Positions 1-12,172 of a DNA stretch of 64,000 nt are shown piece by piece. Source of the DNA: Eledone cirrhosa (Eukaryota); NCBI GenBank assembly GCA_964016885.1, contig OZ024748.1:11594001-11658000 (forward strand). Direction: 5' to 3'. The translations under genes and the position numbers were made by a program. Under the pieces are notes generated by a model. The model saw only the letters and a program-made list of their open reading frames with translations. It had not been told where the DNA came from and ran no database searches. Position 1 is the first letter of the stretch. Each line of letters opens with the position of its first letter.

Positions 1-100
1 GTTAACCTCGGCGGGATTTGAACTCAGATCGTAAAGGGACGTAACTATGCTGGAAAGCATGGCGTCCGACCCTCTACCGATACTGCCAATCCACCGCCAT
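1..100 (-). mobile_element. tRNA-derived SINE (MetaSINE-like family), 5' part running off the window
   Basis: Reverse complement matches the head of the full copy at 19416-19594 (ggcggtggattggcagtatcggtagag...tctgagttcaaatcccgccgaggttaac), including a B-box-like GTTCAAATC. Confidence 0.85.
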
Positions 101-613
101 TTATATAATACTAATAATACTAATAATGATGATACTAATGCTACAACTATTAACATATTTCTTTAGCTAAATTTATGATTCCCCTCTGGCTATTGTCCAA
201 AACATTGGTTCTGAAATATTTGGTTGGTCAGGGTTGGTCTGGGTTGGTGGAGAGCGCGAACGGATGGAAAGGGTGGAGAAACAGGAGTAGGATTTCTCTT
301 GTAAAAGCGACCATAACGATAACTTTATTGAATTTCAGTTAATCAATGGGAAATAAATAATTAAAACCTTCAGCTAACCAGAGCTCTTTAAATCTTATTA
401 TGGCCGACTTTGACGAGACATGCGGGAGCAATAATTACACATCTGTCCTCCCTATACGTGGACATATGTATGTGTGCCTTTGTGCGTGTGTGTGTGTGTG
501 TGTGTATGTGTGTGTGAGAGAGAATGTGTATGAGTATACAATCAGAATCTAGAGTTATAGTATATATATGCACGCCTGTGTGTATTTGTATGTGTGAATT
601 CATGTTTATATAC

Positions 614-647
<34 letters not shown>

Positions 648-650
<3 letters not shown>

Positions 651-818
651 GAGGCTATATTTAATTTGTTGGGATTTAACAAGCTTATAAATTGTTATAA
701 CTGATATAAAGCACTCAACAGATTTGTGGTGTAAATACACAATATATTAATAAATGTAAACTATATTTATAAAATAAATATGGTTTTATAAATATAGTTT
801 CCATTTATTAATATATTG
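648..818 (+). mobile_element. PLE-type 3' fragment with a fold-back palindrome, between (TA)n tracts
   Basis: Homologous to 49761-50020 and 30241-30303. Inverted repeat caatatattaataaatg.aaactatatttataaaa / ttttataaatatagttt.catttattaatatattg. Confidence 0.65.
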
Positions 819-820
819 TA

Positions 821-867
<47 letters not shown>

Positions 868-878
868 ATATATTTATG

Positions 879-1062
<184 letters not shown>

Positions 1063-1083
1063 TATGTATGTATATATATTTAA

Positions 1084-1147
<64 letters not shown>

Positions 1148-1172
1148 GTGTATATATATATATATATGTATG

Positions 1173-1229
<57 letters not shown>

Positions 1230-1589
1230 TCGCTGGAGATATAGGCTATTGGAAATGTTCCCTCGAGTATTTCCTCTTCGTTGTCATTTCAAATAACATC
1301 TTTCTTTCTTTGTTGTTTGTTTGTTATTCATCTGAGATTTACTTTATATTTTTACCAAAAATTGTATATTTGTTTTATGGTATTTCTATGACATCATTGG
1401 CAATATTTTTGACTTGTAGATTGAAGTAAAAGTATTTGTGTACTGAAGCTGTCTGGAAACAATCTGTCTCTTTCTATATCTATTAGCCTATAGAAAAATT
1501 GCTTATCATTTTTGGCCTACTGTGACCACTTGGGACAACATCTGTGGTCTCATATTCATGCAAGGAGGATAACTCTGTTACTAGATCTT

Positions 1590-1818
1590 AAGGAAGGAAA
1601 ATCGATCGACAAGATCCCAGACTTCATTCCCTTAACAAGCGAGGTGGAACTCGTCAAATAGGACCGAGGAAACAATGTTTCGATTGGTCTTTCCATTGCT
1701 GATGCTATCTATTAGTCGCAACTCCTGGCAGAAACAACAACGTGAAATAAAGTGTCTTGCTCAAGGACATAATACATCGCCCGGTCCAATTTTCTAGCCA
1801 CTTAAGCCACGCGCCTTA
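1590..1818 (-). mobile_element. tRNA-derived SINE with a CORE-like motif
   Basis: Reverse complement gives aggcgcgtggcttaagtggctag...gtccttgagcaagacactttatttcacg. Same family as 2763, 35620 and 48760. Confidence 0.75.
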
Positions 1819-2234
1819 ACACCTACGAAATCTTAAGGAACCTAACTTTCAGTTTTTACCTGGTTTCGGTAGAATCTTTCAGTGTTGGATCTAAATCTCT
1901 TACTAACTTCTAATTGTCAAGTCTTTTATACGTTCGTTCTGAACCATGTTACTATATTTATTGTATTGTTTCACCACACATCCACAACATACTACCTTGT
2001 TGACTTCCATCTTTGTCCGTAGGTGTGTATGGATGGATTCGTAACTCATTGTGGAGTCATAGAGGGGCGTCATTGTTACACATGGCGAGCCTTGAGCATT
2101 TTAAACCTGACTTGAGCCCATCGGATTCTATATCTGAACACAGCCGATTTTTTTAGAGAGAGAAAAAGAGATAGGGGGAGACGAAGAGAGAAGGGAACAG
2201 AGAGGGGGGAGACAGACAGAGAGGGAAAGAAAGA

Positions 2235-2372
2235 GAGAAAGGATGAAAGGGAAAATTGACCTCGGCGGGATTTGAACTCAGAGAACGGAGTCAGTCGCCC
2301 AGTTGCAATGAATTCCTGCCTCAAGACATTCATTCTATCCGAAGTTCTAACAACTCTATTAATTCGCCACCT
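2235..2372 (-). mobile_element. MetaSINE-like SINE, degenerate
   Basis: aaggatgaaagg...ttgacctcggcgggatttgaactcaga matches the family core. Confidence 0.7.
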
Positions 2373-2762
2373 TCATTCCTTTGTTTAACGAAGTTTATTC
2401 TAAACACATATTCATTCATGCCCAGCCAAAATAAAAGCTATGTTTCTATTTCCCACGTTAATTCTTTATATTTCAATAAAAACATCTCCCAGTCCTTCTC
2501 CCGTCATATCTTTTGTTTGTCTGACAAACTGCCAATGTAATATTGTTATTGTTGTTGTTGTTTTCTTTCCAATATTTCATCTTTTCATTTTGTTTCTCCC
2601 TGTTCTTTGTAATCTCTTTTCTAAATCTAAGTATTCGCCTTTGACCTATCTAACTTCTCTCATTAGATTCTCCTTACTTGTCTTCTAATACTTCTAACTA
2701 GTCCTAACATTGCCAAAACACCGTGACTCATCCTCTATACATTGTATATACACCGTATTTAA

Positions 2763-3180
2763 AGGCGTGTGGCATAGTGGTTAGAGTGTTGTGCTCATGA
2801 TCATGGAGTCATGAGATCAATTCCCAGACCGGACGGAACATTGTATCTTTGAGCAAGACCTCGTGCCCTTGAGCAAAACACTTTATTTCCCGCTCCTCTA
2901 GTCCAGGGGTCGGCAACTTCTTCGTCTCCACGGGCCGGATCGAGTATTAATGACTAGACTTTAGTCGATTTAGCTGCCAAAAAAATGAGTTGTATCAGGG
3001 ATTCAAGGGGCCAATTTAGCTACACACTGTGTTATGCTGAATCTCCCTGAGAACTACTACGTTAAGGATGAACGTTTCTGTGGAATGCTCAGCCACTTAC
3101 ACGTTCATTTCACGAGCAAGCAATTCCACTGATTGAATTACCTGGAGCACTCGTCGTCGATAAACGACGGAAATCCTACA
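2763..3180 (+). mobile_element. tRNA-derived SINE with a CORE-like motif, interrupted by a hAT remnant
   Basis: A-box-like tggcatagtgg, core gcccttgagcaaaacactttatttc, tail ctccctgagaactac..gttaagg...ctcagccacttacacgtt...tcgtcgtcgataaacgacgg. Confidence 0.75.
2904..2958 (+). mobile_element. hAT/Charlie-like one-ended remnant
   Basis: Starts with CAGGGGTCGGCAAC (Charlie-type TIR). Flanked by the 8-mers ctctagtc (2896-2903) and ctttagtc (2959-2966). The host SINE resumes afterwards. Confidence 0.55.
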
Positions 3181-3200
3181 ACAATACAGCGTATTATGTA

Positions 3201-3740
3201 TTGTTAACTGTTTCTGCAGAACGCTCAGCCACTTACACGTTCATTTCACGAGCAGGCAACGATCAGGCAATTCCACTGATTGAATTAACTGGAGCAGTCA
3301 TCGTCGATAAACGACGGAAGTCCTACATAAAATACAACGTACTTACACTTCTTTGTGGGTGTAACCAATTATGTATTGTTAACCGTTTCTGCAGAATGCT
3401 CAGCCACTTACACGTTCATTTCACGAGCAAGCAACGATCAGGCAATTGGGTTGATTGAATTAACTGGAGCAGTCGTCGTCGATAAACGACGGAAGTCCCA
3501 CAAAAATACAACCTACGTACACTTCTTTGTGGGTGTAACCAATTATGTATTGTTAACCGTTTCTGCAGAATGCTCAGCCACTTACACGTTCATTTCACGA
3601 GCAAGCAACGATCAGGCAATTGGGTTGATTGAATTAACTGGAGAAGTCGTCGTCGATAAACGACGGAAGTCCCACAAAAGTACAACCTACGTACACTTCT
3701 TTGTGGGTGTAACCAATTATGTATTGTTAACCGTTTCTGA
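3201..3740 (+). repeat. Tandem repeat, ~174-bp unit x ~3, derived from the SINE 3' tail
   Basis: ttgttaac.gtttctg recurs at 3201, 3376, 3550 and 3724. The last two full units are nearly identical. Confidence 0.95.
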
Positions 3741-3819
3741 AAGTCCATAATCGTTTCCTGCAACATCACTGCAGTTTACCTCGATATTGGTATTTCTCGG
3801 CTGTTGGTTTTCTTAATTA

Positions 3820-3886
3820 TGGTGCTGCTGCTGCTGCTGCTCTGCTGCTGCTGCTGTTGTTGTTGTTGTTGTTGTTTTTGTTGTTT

Positions 3887-3922
<36 letters not shown>

Positions 3923-4063
3923 GTACTGTTGTTGTTGTTGGTACTGTTGTTGTTGTTGCTGTTGCTGTTGTTGGTGGTGGTGGTGGTGGCGCTGCTGTTG
4001 TTGTTGTTGTTGTTATTGGTGGTGGTGGTGTTGTTGTTGTTGTTGTTGGTGGTGGTGCTGCTG

Positions 4064-4095
<32 letters not shown>

Positions 4096-4207
4096 GGTGG
4101 TGGTGGCGCTGCTGTTGTTGTTGTTGCTGTTATTGTTGTTGTTCTTGTTTCTTTTTTCCCACCTTATCTTGCTCACATTCCTCTTCAACTTTATTTCGTG
4201 TTGCTGC

Positions 4208-4238
<31 letters not shown>

Positions 4239-4493
4239 GGTAGTGGTGGTGGTGGTGTTGGCGTTGTTGGTGGTGGTGGTGATGATGGTGGTGATGGTGG
4301 TGGTGGTGGTGGTGGTGGTGTTGTTGTTTTTGTTGTTTCTGTTGCTGGCGTTGGTGGTGGTAGTGGTGGTGTTATTGGTGGTGGTGGTGGTGTTGGTGGT
4401 GGATGTGGTGGTGGTGCTGGTGGTGGATATGGTGGCGATGGTGGTGTTGGCGTTGGTGGTGGTGGTGGTGGTGGGCGGTTGTTGTTGTTGTTC

Positions 4494-4525
<32 letters not shown>

Positions 4526-4657
4526 GGTGGTGGTGGTGGCGTTGCTGGTGGATATGGTGGCGATGGTGGTGTTGGCGTTGGTGGTGGTGGTGGTGGTGGT
4601 GGTGGTGGCGTTGGTGGTGGTGGTGGTGGTGGGCGGTTGTTGTTCTTGTTGTTCTTG

Positions 4658-4689
<32 letters not shown>

Positions 4690-4715
4690 GGTGGTGGTGG
4701 TGATGGTGATGTAGT
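3820..4715. repeat. Compound (GCT)n/(GTT)n/(GGT)n microsatellite
   Basis: Direct inspection. Confidence 0.95.
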
Positions 4716-4943
4716 TGTTTCTGTTTGCTCTCACCAATCTTTACATGCACCTAACATATTATTTATACATTTCACCATACTTCACTGATGCCATCTTAGT
4801 GACGTATCTGCGTGGGGGAAGGTTATTGCTGGCGCGAAGGCGGAATAATATTATCATCTTTAGAAAAAAAAAAAAAACCAAATGTGAATTGCATCATTAT
4901 CATCATCATCTTGATCATCATTATATATATATATATATATATA

Positions 4944-5200
4944 ATTGGTGTTGGATGCTTCAGCGTCCGTATGCGGTAGGCCGTATGAGCACTCGATGCT
5001 CTCAAGTAGCAGAGTATGATATGACAGAAAAAAAGAGAATCAGTGTTGCGACGAATGGAATTTATTGGACATATTACAATCGTTTCTCTGGCGACCAGCT
5101 CGAGGCACAATCGATGTGATGATCGAACCTGACTCTGAAAATCGCAAGGTCCTCAGATACGTCTTGATTCTACGAAGCAGATTTTCCTGTAAACAGAAAC
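4944..5200 (-). mobile_element. PLE-type 3' end carrying a type-I hammerhead
   Basis: 3' end abuts (TA)n. A second, folded-back copy lies at 38778-38998. Confidence 0.7.
5070..5161 (-). ncRNA. Type-I hammerhead ribozyme motif with a long helix II
   Basis: Reverse complement: cguau CUGAGGA [~63 nt including GCGAUU/GGUCGC] GAAA cgauug UA auaug. Confidence 0.65.
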
Positions 5201-5206
5201 GAATCG

Positions 5207-5350
5207 ATTTTCCAGCATAGTTACGTCCCTTTACGGTCTGAGTTCAAATCCCGTCGAGGTTAACTTTGCCTTTCATCCTTACGGGGTCGATAAAATAAAG
5301 TACCAGTAATGTACTGGGTAATTGCTGGCCTTGTGCCTAAAGTAGAAACA
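5207..5350 (+). mobile_element. MetaSINE-like SINE, 5'-truncated
   Basis: Core gcctttcatccttacggggtcgataaaataaagtacc resembles the Meta domain. Ends in tagaaacaattatt. Confidence 0.85.
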
Positions 5351-5412
5351 ATTATTAATATTCGAAAAACTCAGATTAAAATTTATTGTATTCAGCCATG
5401 TAAAGCGAAATT

Positions 5413-5509
<97 letters not shown>

Positions 5510-5729
5510 GAAAATGCGAAGTAGTTTCAGATGTTAAAGAAAGTCCTTTATTGATAAGGCTGTGATGCATATTTCAATGACGACAGTGGCCACACGCTTC
5601 GGTGTACCCAGTGCCGTGATCTCATCAGACAGCTTCTTACATAATAAGGTTACGTTACCGAGGCAATTCCAATTGAAACGACTAGGGGACGGACAGAGAG
5701 TGTTCTTGAAGCCTTCGCCCGTTCCCTTG

Positions 5730-5822
<93 letters not shown>

Positions 5823-5852
5823 ATATTCTTCAATGTTCCGCCTGTTTATCTA

Positions 5853-5963
<111 letters not shown>

Positions 5964-6016
5964 GATTGATAAATAGATAAATAGATAAATAGACAGACAT
6001 ATAGACAGATAGATAT

Positions 6017-8586
6017 ATTTCTTTATTAGCCACAGGGGCACAAAAGAAGGGGACAAATACAAAGGGGGAAGTTTACATACAATAAAAACGTGTAAAATGT
6101 TATCACAGATGGAATTTAAAAGTTAGTCGATTTTCCCCAATAGAGGGAGACAGTTTATATGGGTAACACAGACCCCCGAAAAAAATGTGCAACCCTCATC
6201 TCCAGGAGTACGAAGAGCTTGTACTCCTTTCCTCTCCTCCTCCTTTTCCTCAACCTACAGGCTGATATAGAGAGAAGGCCCATTCACTCGGGCCATTCTC
6301 GCCACTTTCACCCACCTTTCATAAAACTTGCTGGGGTACAGCACCTCTCTCTCCATCCTGATTCTTCTTCCAAAGTGGTATTTGAAAAAAAGAATCAGTT
6401 GTTGGCCGGAGAGAAAGGTGTCTGACCTCAGCCCTTTCAACCTTGTCCACCATACAACCTCTTTCGCCATAGCTATCACACAAAGGAAAACCGCCTCTCC
6501 GTTTTTGAAGGAGGGTGGCGGTTTGATCATGACAATGGACTCGGTGGTCAACTGGATTGGTCCCACCCGCGACAATAGTCGTTCTACATAGCCCCACAGG
6601 TCAGTGACGCCCGGGCAGTGTATGAATGCGTGCGCGACGGTTTCTTCGTCTCGCACGCACCTCGGACAGATCTTTTTTGCAGGGTCCCTGCCCGGGCGCC
6701 CATGTCTGTAGAGCTTGTCTCGAACTGGTAGAGCTCCTCGGTAGCACTGCCAGGCCAGGGACTTTTGGAAGTTGTCCATCGGTCCCGGGCGGAAGGTCCT
6801 ACCGAACAGACTGGCCAGTTCATCTTCCTCCACGCCTAGAGTTTCACCGAGCGCGTCGTCGCACTTGCTGCGGACCAACCCTCTATAGAATGACGAAGTG
6901 GAGTCTCCACTGATCGCCGGGTCCGCCTGCCAGAGGGCTGTGAGCGCCTGAGCACATTCGATGTGCCAGTCGCCCATTTTCCTCGGTCTCTGCTTGACCC
7001 AGGACTGCAGCTCGGTCAGTGAGACGAGTCGTGGGAAGGCTCGCCTCACGAACGGGGCCCACACCGGTTGTCCGGTGAGGAATACGTAGAGATGCCGCAG
7101 CCTGAGCGCGTGTTTGCGCATCGTCAACCACGGCATCCCCAGCCCTCCGTTAGAAGGGTGTTGGCAGCAGATGGATCTTCTTACCAAAGGAGCCCGCCTC
7201 TTCCAAAGGAATCGGAAGAGGGCGCGCTCCATTTTGGCGAGCGTTTTGGCTGGACAAGGCACGACGGTCAAGCGGTAGTAGATGGCGGACGCTATAAAAG
7301 TGTTCGCCACCTCCGCTCGACCTTTCAAGGATAGTTTGCACTCGGCCCACTTCTGGGTGAGTGCAAACACCTTGGCCGTCACTTCGTTCCAGTTCTTCTC
7401 CACCTGGAGGTCCGGACCAAACCAGACCCCGAGCAGCTTTACCGGTCCTTCCGTCTAGCGTCCGACGACGCCATCGGAAGGCATCGGTCTGCCTCTCCAC
7501 GATCCGAGTTGCAAACCGATGGACTTGTCCCGGTTCAGCTTCGCTCCTGTGAGACTTTCGTATTCCTTTAGTAAGGTGCCGACTTTCTCGATTTGCGAGG
7601 CGCTCGACACCATTACTGTCACGTCGTCGGCGTAGGCCGACGCCGCTTTCCGCAGTCCCGGTTCCAGAGGGATGCCCTGCAATAGCTCCAGCTTCCGCAG
7701 TAGTGGCTCGAGAGTCAGTACGTACAGAAGGGAGGAGAGAGGGCATCCCTGTCGAATGGATCGCGTAATATGGAACGGCTCCGAGAGGTAACCGTTCACC
7801 TTGACCCTTGAGCAGATGTTGCTGTTGTGCATTGCAGCAATCCAGCCCCTGAACACGGGTCCGAAGCCTGCCGCCTCGAGCACCGCATCCAGGTAACGAT
7901 GGTCAACCCTATCGAAAGCCTTAGACTGATCCAAGTTGATCAGGGCCCCACCGAAGCCGGGTTTACACCCTACCCTCTCTATGATGTATCGCATGAGGTG
8001 GAGGTTGTCGTGTATGGACCTGGTCGGGATCGCGCATGTCTGCGCTTCTCCCACCAGGTTCTCGACGACAAGCGCCAGCCTCTTTGCCAACACCTTGGCC
8101 AAAATCTGTAACTCTGTGTTTAGCAGAGTTATGGGCCGGAAGTTGCTTATGTCATCCCCCTTATTCTCGTCCTTCCTGATTAGTGTGACCACGCCCCCGG
8201 TTACAGAACTGGGAATTCTCCCGTTCTGTTGCCAGTTGCAGTAGACCGCTTCCAGGAGACCGGAGAATAAGTCCGGCATTGCTACGTAAAATTCGTAGGG
8301 TAGACCGTCGAGACCTGGAGATTTGCGTTTGCCGCATTGGCTCAGCGCGTCCCCTATCTCAGTGGCTGAAATCGGCTTTTCGCAGAACTTCGCCTCGCTG
8401 TCCGAGAGTCGCGGTAGGCCGTCGAGGTATGGACCGAAATCCATAGCCTCTCCCGGCGCGCCGCTCCCCCCGAACAGCCGAGCAAAGTGCCGCTGAAAAG
8501 CCGCACACATCTGCTTCGGCTCACGTATCACGCGTCCGTTTTGGTCCTTCAAAGACCGAATCGTGGACTTGTTGCCACTTTTTGCC

Positions 8587-8587
<1 letters not shown>
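6017..8587 (-). mobile_element. 5'-truncated non-LTR retrotransposon, L1/Tx1 clade
   Basis: ORF2 RT region, C-terminal CxxC..HxxxxC, ~240-bp 3' UTR with AATAAA near 6022. Flanked by a long duplication (5960-5999 = 8647-8686, plus adjacent (TA)n(GA)n). Confidence 0.93.
6255..8587 (-). pseudogene. LINE ORF2 (reverse transcriptase + zinc knuckle), endonuclease domain missing, single in-frame TAG at 7455-7457
   Basis: ORFs 7455-8552 and 6255-7403 share one frame. Motifs KSPGLDG, NFRPITLLN, LDQSKAFDRV, IRQGCPLS, YADD, GGLGMP, CPRC...ETVAHAFIHC. Confidence 0.93.
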
Positions 8588-8650
<63 letters not shown>

Positions 8651-8689
8651 GATTGATAAATAGATAAATAGATAAATAGACAGACAGAC

Positions 8690-8777
<88 letters not shown>

Positions 8778-8859
8778 TGATGGCAAGCTAAATTCTTCCC
8801 TCAGTAGTGACACACGAGGCGTTAGGGTAAAATGACATTTAAATATAGAAAGAAATAAG

Positions 8860-9247
8860 TCTTAAACCAAAATCCTAGCAATTCCTACATATAAAGATAT
8901 AAATACGCATACATTACCTCAACGAACAAAACATTCTGTCTCTTAGCAGTCCCATGTTTACAAATAACACCGTTGGTCAACACATCCTCAGTCGGAATGA
9001 TAAAGGTCATTTTTATCGAATATAACTGTTTATATACAACAATCGTTTCCAGGAAACCCAAGACATCAGTTATCGTAAACACATAGGGAAAAAAGTCTCT
9101 AGACTATTGACTCTTCACGAGTCCACTCAACAAATTCAGGACAAATAATTTATATCATGTCGCAGCTGTATTATGCCTAGGGGTGTTTTACAAATATTGT
9201 ATTTTCATTAAATGACATGATCTAATTCGGCTAGACTTGTTGACAGT

Positions 9248-9250
<3 letters not shown>
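8860..9250 (-). mobile_element. Degenerate PLE 3' region with a decayed hammerhead (9035-9072)
   Basis: Reverse complement has CUGAUGU..gg/cc..GAAA cgauug UU. Upstream 'TPLGI' resembles the PLE C-terminal PxG(L/I)N motif. Confidence 0.4.
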
Positions 9251-9307
<57 letters not shown>

Positions 9308-9355
9308 TATGTGTGTATACGTACATACATATATGTATACAGACGTACAGTAGCA

Positions 9356-9403
<48 letters not shown>

Positions 9404-9503
9404 CAGGTATACATATATGTATGTACGTATACACACATACTTACATTTAAGTAAGTGCCGTACTAAGAGTGAGAAATGAAATTTCGTTTTCATTTTATTT
9501 CAA

Positions 9504-9560
<57 letters not shown>

Positions 9561-9563
<3 letters not shown>

Positions 9564-9787
9564 GGAAAATTTGAACAGGAACAAAACAGAGAGGCAGTAC
9601 AACGAATGTTTATTAATTTCACGCTCTTGAGAGTGGGGTGGTGGTGGGGAACGACGTTTCGGGCATAAGCCCTTCTTCAGGTGAAAAGTGTGTGGGAAGA
9701 GAGTTCAAAGGGTGTGTAAGGGAGTGGTGGAGAGACATATAGCAAAAGGAGGTTGGGAGGAAACGGTGCAAATGAAATTAAAAATAA

Positions 9788-9790
<3 letters not shown>
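9561..9790 (-). mobile_element. PLE-type 3' end with a minimal hammerhead (9651-9682)
   Basis: Reverse complement: ac CUGAAGA a gggc uuau gccc GAAA cg UC gu. Homologue at 16040-16250. (TA)n on both sides. Confidence 0.8.
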
Positions 9791-9851
<61 letters not shown>

Positions 9852-9853
<2 letters not shown>

Positions 9854-9979
9854 CGAAGGAAATGTGGTAAGGAACCAGATGGACCATAAAGGCTAATTCT
9901 GGACATTATTAGCCAGAATTAGCCGTCCAGAATTAGCCGTCGAAACGGCTTGAGCTCTGCCGTCGGGGTCATACTTCTT

Positions 9980-9982
<3 letters not shown>
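9852..9982. mobile_element. PLE family X copy (rearranged fold-back)
   Basis: acgaaggaaatgtggtaaggaacc end plus gtccagaattagccgtcGAAAcggc..gccgTCgggg. Confidence 0.8.
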
Positions 9983-10017
<35 letters not shown>

Positions 10018-10460
10018 ACGTATATATGTTCACCAGTGGGTATATAGTATGTCATACATGATTTTCAGTGGTTGTGGTTGGTGTACACTTAAATAAAGTC
10101 ATTAATTATAGTGTGTGTATATATATATATGTTATATGTGTGTGTGCGCCTGTATGTATGTTTGTACTTAAGTATGTATGTATTTATGTACGTATGTTTT
10201 TATGTATACATGTATGTATATACTCATGTATGTATGTGTGTGTGTATGTGTGTATGTGTGTATGTGTGTATGTATGTGTGTGTGTGTATGTATGTGTGTA
10301 TATGTATGTATAACATCAATCGAATTTGTTGGTGTCTTCAATTGAGAGATAGTATGTGTATAAGTATGTATGTATGTGTGTATGTGTGTGTATGTATGTA
10401 TGTGTATGTATGCGTTGTATGTGTGTATGTGTGTGTATGTATGTATGTGTATGTACGTAT

Positions 10461-10501
<41 letters not shown>

Positions 10502-10584
10502 AAACCAAGATTTAGTTAACAAGAGAGAAGAGTGTCAGGTGTTAATTAGTTTGAGATTAGATGAAAGCTGTGGAGGGGGGTAGT

Positions 10585-10870
10585 GAGGGGAGGAGACGTG
10601 AGAGGTGAGAGTGTGGAGGAGAAGAGAGAGGTGGGGGCGTGGCGGAGACGTGAGTGGAGAGAGGTGTGGGGGTGTGGACGTGAGAGGTGAGGGTGTAGAG
10701 GAGAAGGGAGAGGTAAGGAATGGCGGAGACGTGAGGGGGGACAGGTGTGGTGTAGACGTGAGAGAGGAGGTGAGGAACGGAGGAGTCGTGAGAGGTGATG
10801 TGTGGTGTAGACGTGAACGATGACGAGAACGGAGGAGAGGTGTGTGTGTGAGAAGAAGATGACGTGGGTG
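10585..10870. repeat. Degenerate GA-rich minisatellite with recurring GACGTGAG
   Basis: gacgtgag/gacgtg recurs about 7 times. Confidence 0.7.
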
Positions 10871-11040
10871 TTTGTGTGAGAAGTTACAGCAGCTGAGCTT
10901 TAAACAATTAAAGAACTTGATTGTCTATTAAAAGGAAAGAGACTATTTTAAAAACGGATTTATAAATTAGTATTTTTACATGTTAGAATATGTTTCGTTT
11001 TAATTAAACACTTTAGTACAAATGGCTCATATGAACGTGG

Positions 11041-11151
<111 letters not shown>

Positions 11152-11194
11152 CTCTGTTCATATTATATGTATGTGTGTGTATATATATATATAT

Positions 11195-11422
11195 CTTCGG
11201 TTTGCTTTTATCCTTCTATGTTGTTTACTTGTCCCCCTCGCCTTACGCGAATTCTGGTCCCAATAACTTTGTTTAGTTATTTCTCGCACCAACTAGAGGT
11301 ATCTGATTTTTAATGCGATGAAATACCAATGATGGTTGGAAAATCACTGACGAAGGACTATTTTTATCATATGTAACCCATGTGCAAACCACGCAGTATT
11401 CTTCTTTCTTCTCATGTTTTAT
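11195..11422 (+). mobile_element. (TA)n-flanked repeat carrying a permuted hammerhead-like motif (copy 1)
   Basis: Homologous along its length to 33541-33752. Confidence 0.7.
11298..11372 (+). ncRNA. Candidate non-circularly permuted hammerhead ribozyme
   Basis: ggua UC ugauuuu..GAAA uacc...aaaauca CUGACGA. Compensatory changes relative to copy 2. Confidence 0.5.
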
Positions 11423-11423
11423 A

Positions 11424-11578
11424 TAGAAGAGGAAGACCAAGGTTAACATATGTTGATGCCCTAAGGATAGACACTGGTCTGTTGGAGATGCAGGATATGG
11501 CAGCGATAATGAGGGACAGAGACCGCTGGAGAGAACTCGTCCATGGATCTCGGGAATTTTACCCGCCTTAGATAGATA
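11424..11578 (+). mobile_element. 3' fragment of an RTE-like LINE
   Basis: Translates RRGRPRLTYVDALRIDTG...MRDRDRWRELV*, a typical RTE ORF C-terminus. Short tagataga tail. Confidence 0.8.
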
Positions 11579-11634
11579 TATATATATATATAAAATATAT
11601 GTATATATATATAAAATTCCCGTTCATATATGTA

Positions 11635-11717
<83 letters not shown>

Positions 11718-11981
11718 ATATAATATAATATAATATATAGAAATAAACACAGAAAAATGTGTTTAAAATTACGAGGGCTGAAAAACCACGTTGGTATGAA
11801 GTTTATAATCTATGAAACAAATGGAAAATACAAGATAACCAAAAAAAAATGAATTGAAATGTACTAACCGTTTCAATAACTATTGAACTCCTGGACAAAC
11901 TACAGATCTAGTCTCTTTCGCCGTAAAATTTTTTTGTAACAGAAAATCCCAAGGCTATATCATATATACAATTCCAGTTCG

Positions 11982-12012
<31 letters not shown>

Positions 12013-12027
12013 AATATATAAAAATAA

Positions 12028-12074
12028 TTTCTACAGGACTAGAACTGTTTCATTCGAGAGAAATCATCAGGAAA
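12028..12074 (-). ncRNA. Type-I hammerhead motif in the inverted segment of a PLE-type element (12025-12160)
   Basis: Reverse complement: uuuc CUGAUGA u uuc ucuc gaa u GAAA cag uucuaguc cug UA gaaa. Related fold-back at 46913-47003. Related 3' end at 21911-22020. Confidence 0.75.
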
Positions 12075-12172
12075 GCCCAGGGCTTTAAATATTTATACTT
12101 TGCTATATATTGAATACCTTACTTACTGTGGTTTCACCCGATTGAACCGGGGATAAACATATATATATATAT

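Noticed and set aside
1230-1560. Possible decayed retroelement ORF on the minus strand
   Set aside because: Many stops and no motif that could be identified with confidence.
6319-8244. Overlapping alternative-frame and antisense ORFs within the LINE
   Set aside because: Shadow ORFs of a GC-rich coding sequence, with no motifs.
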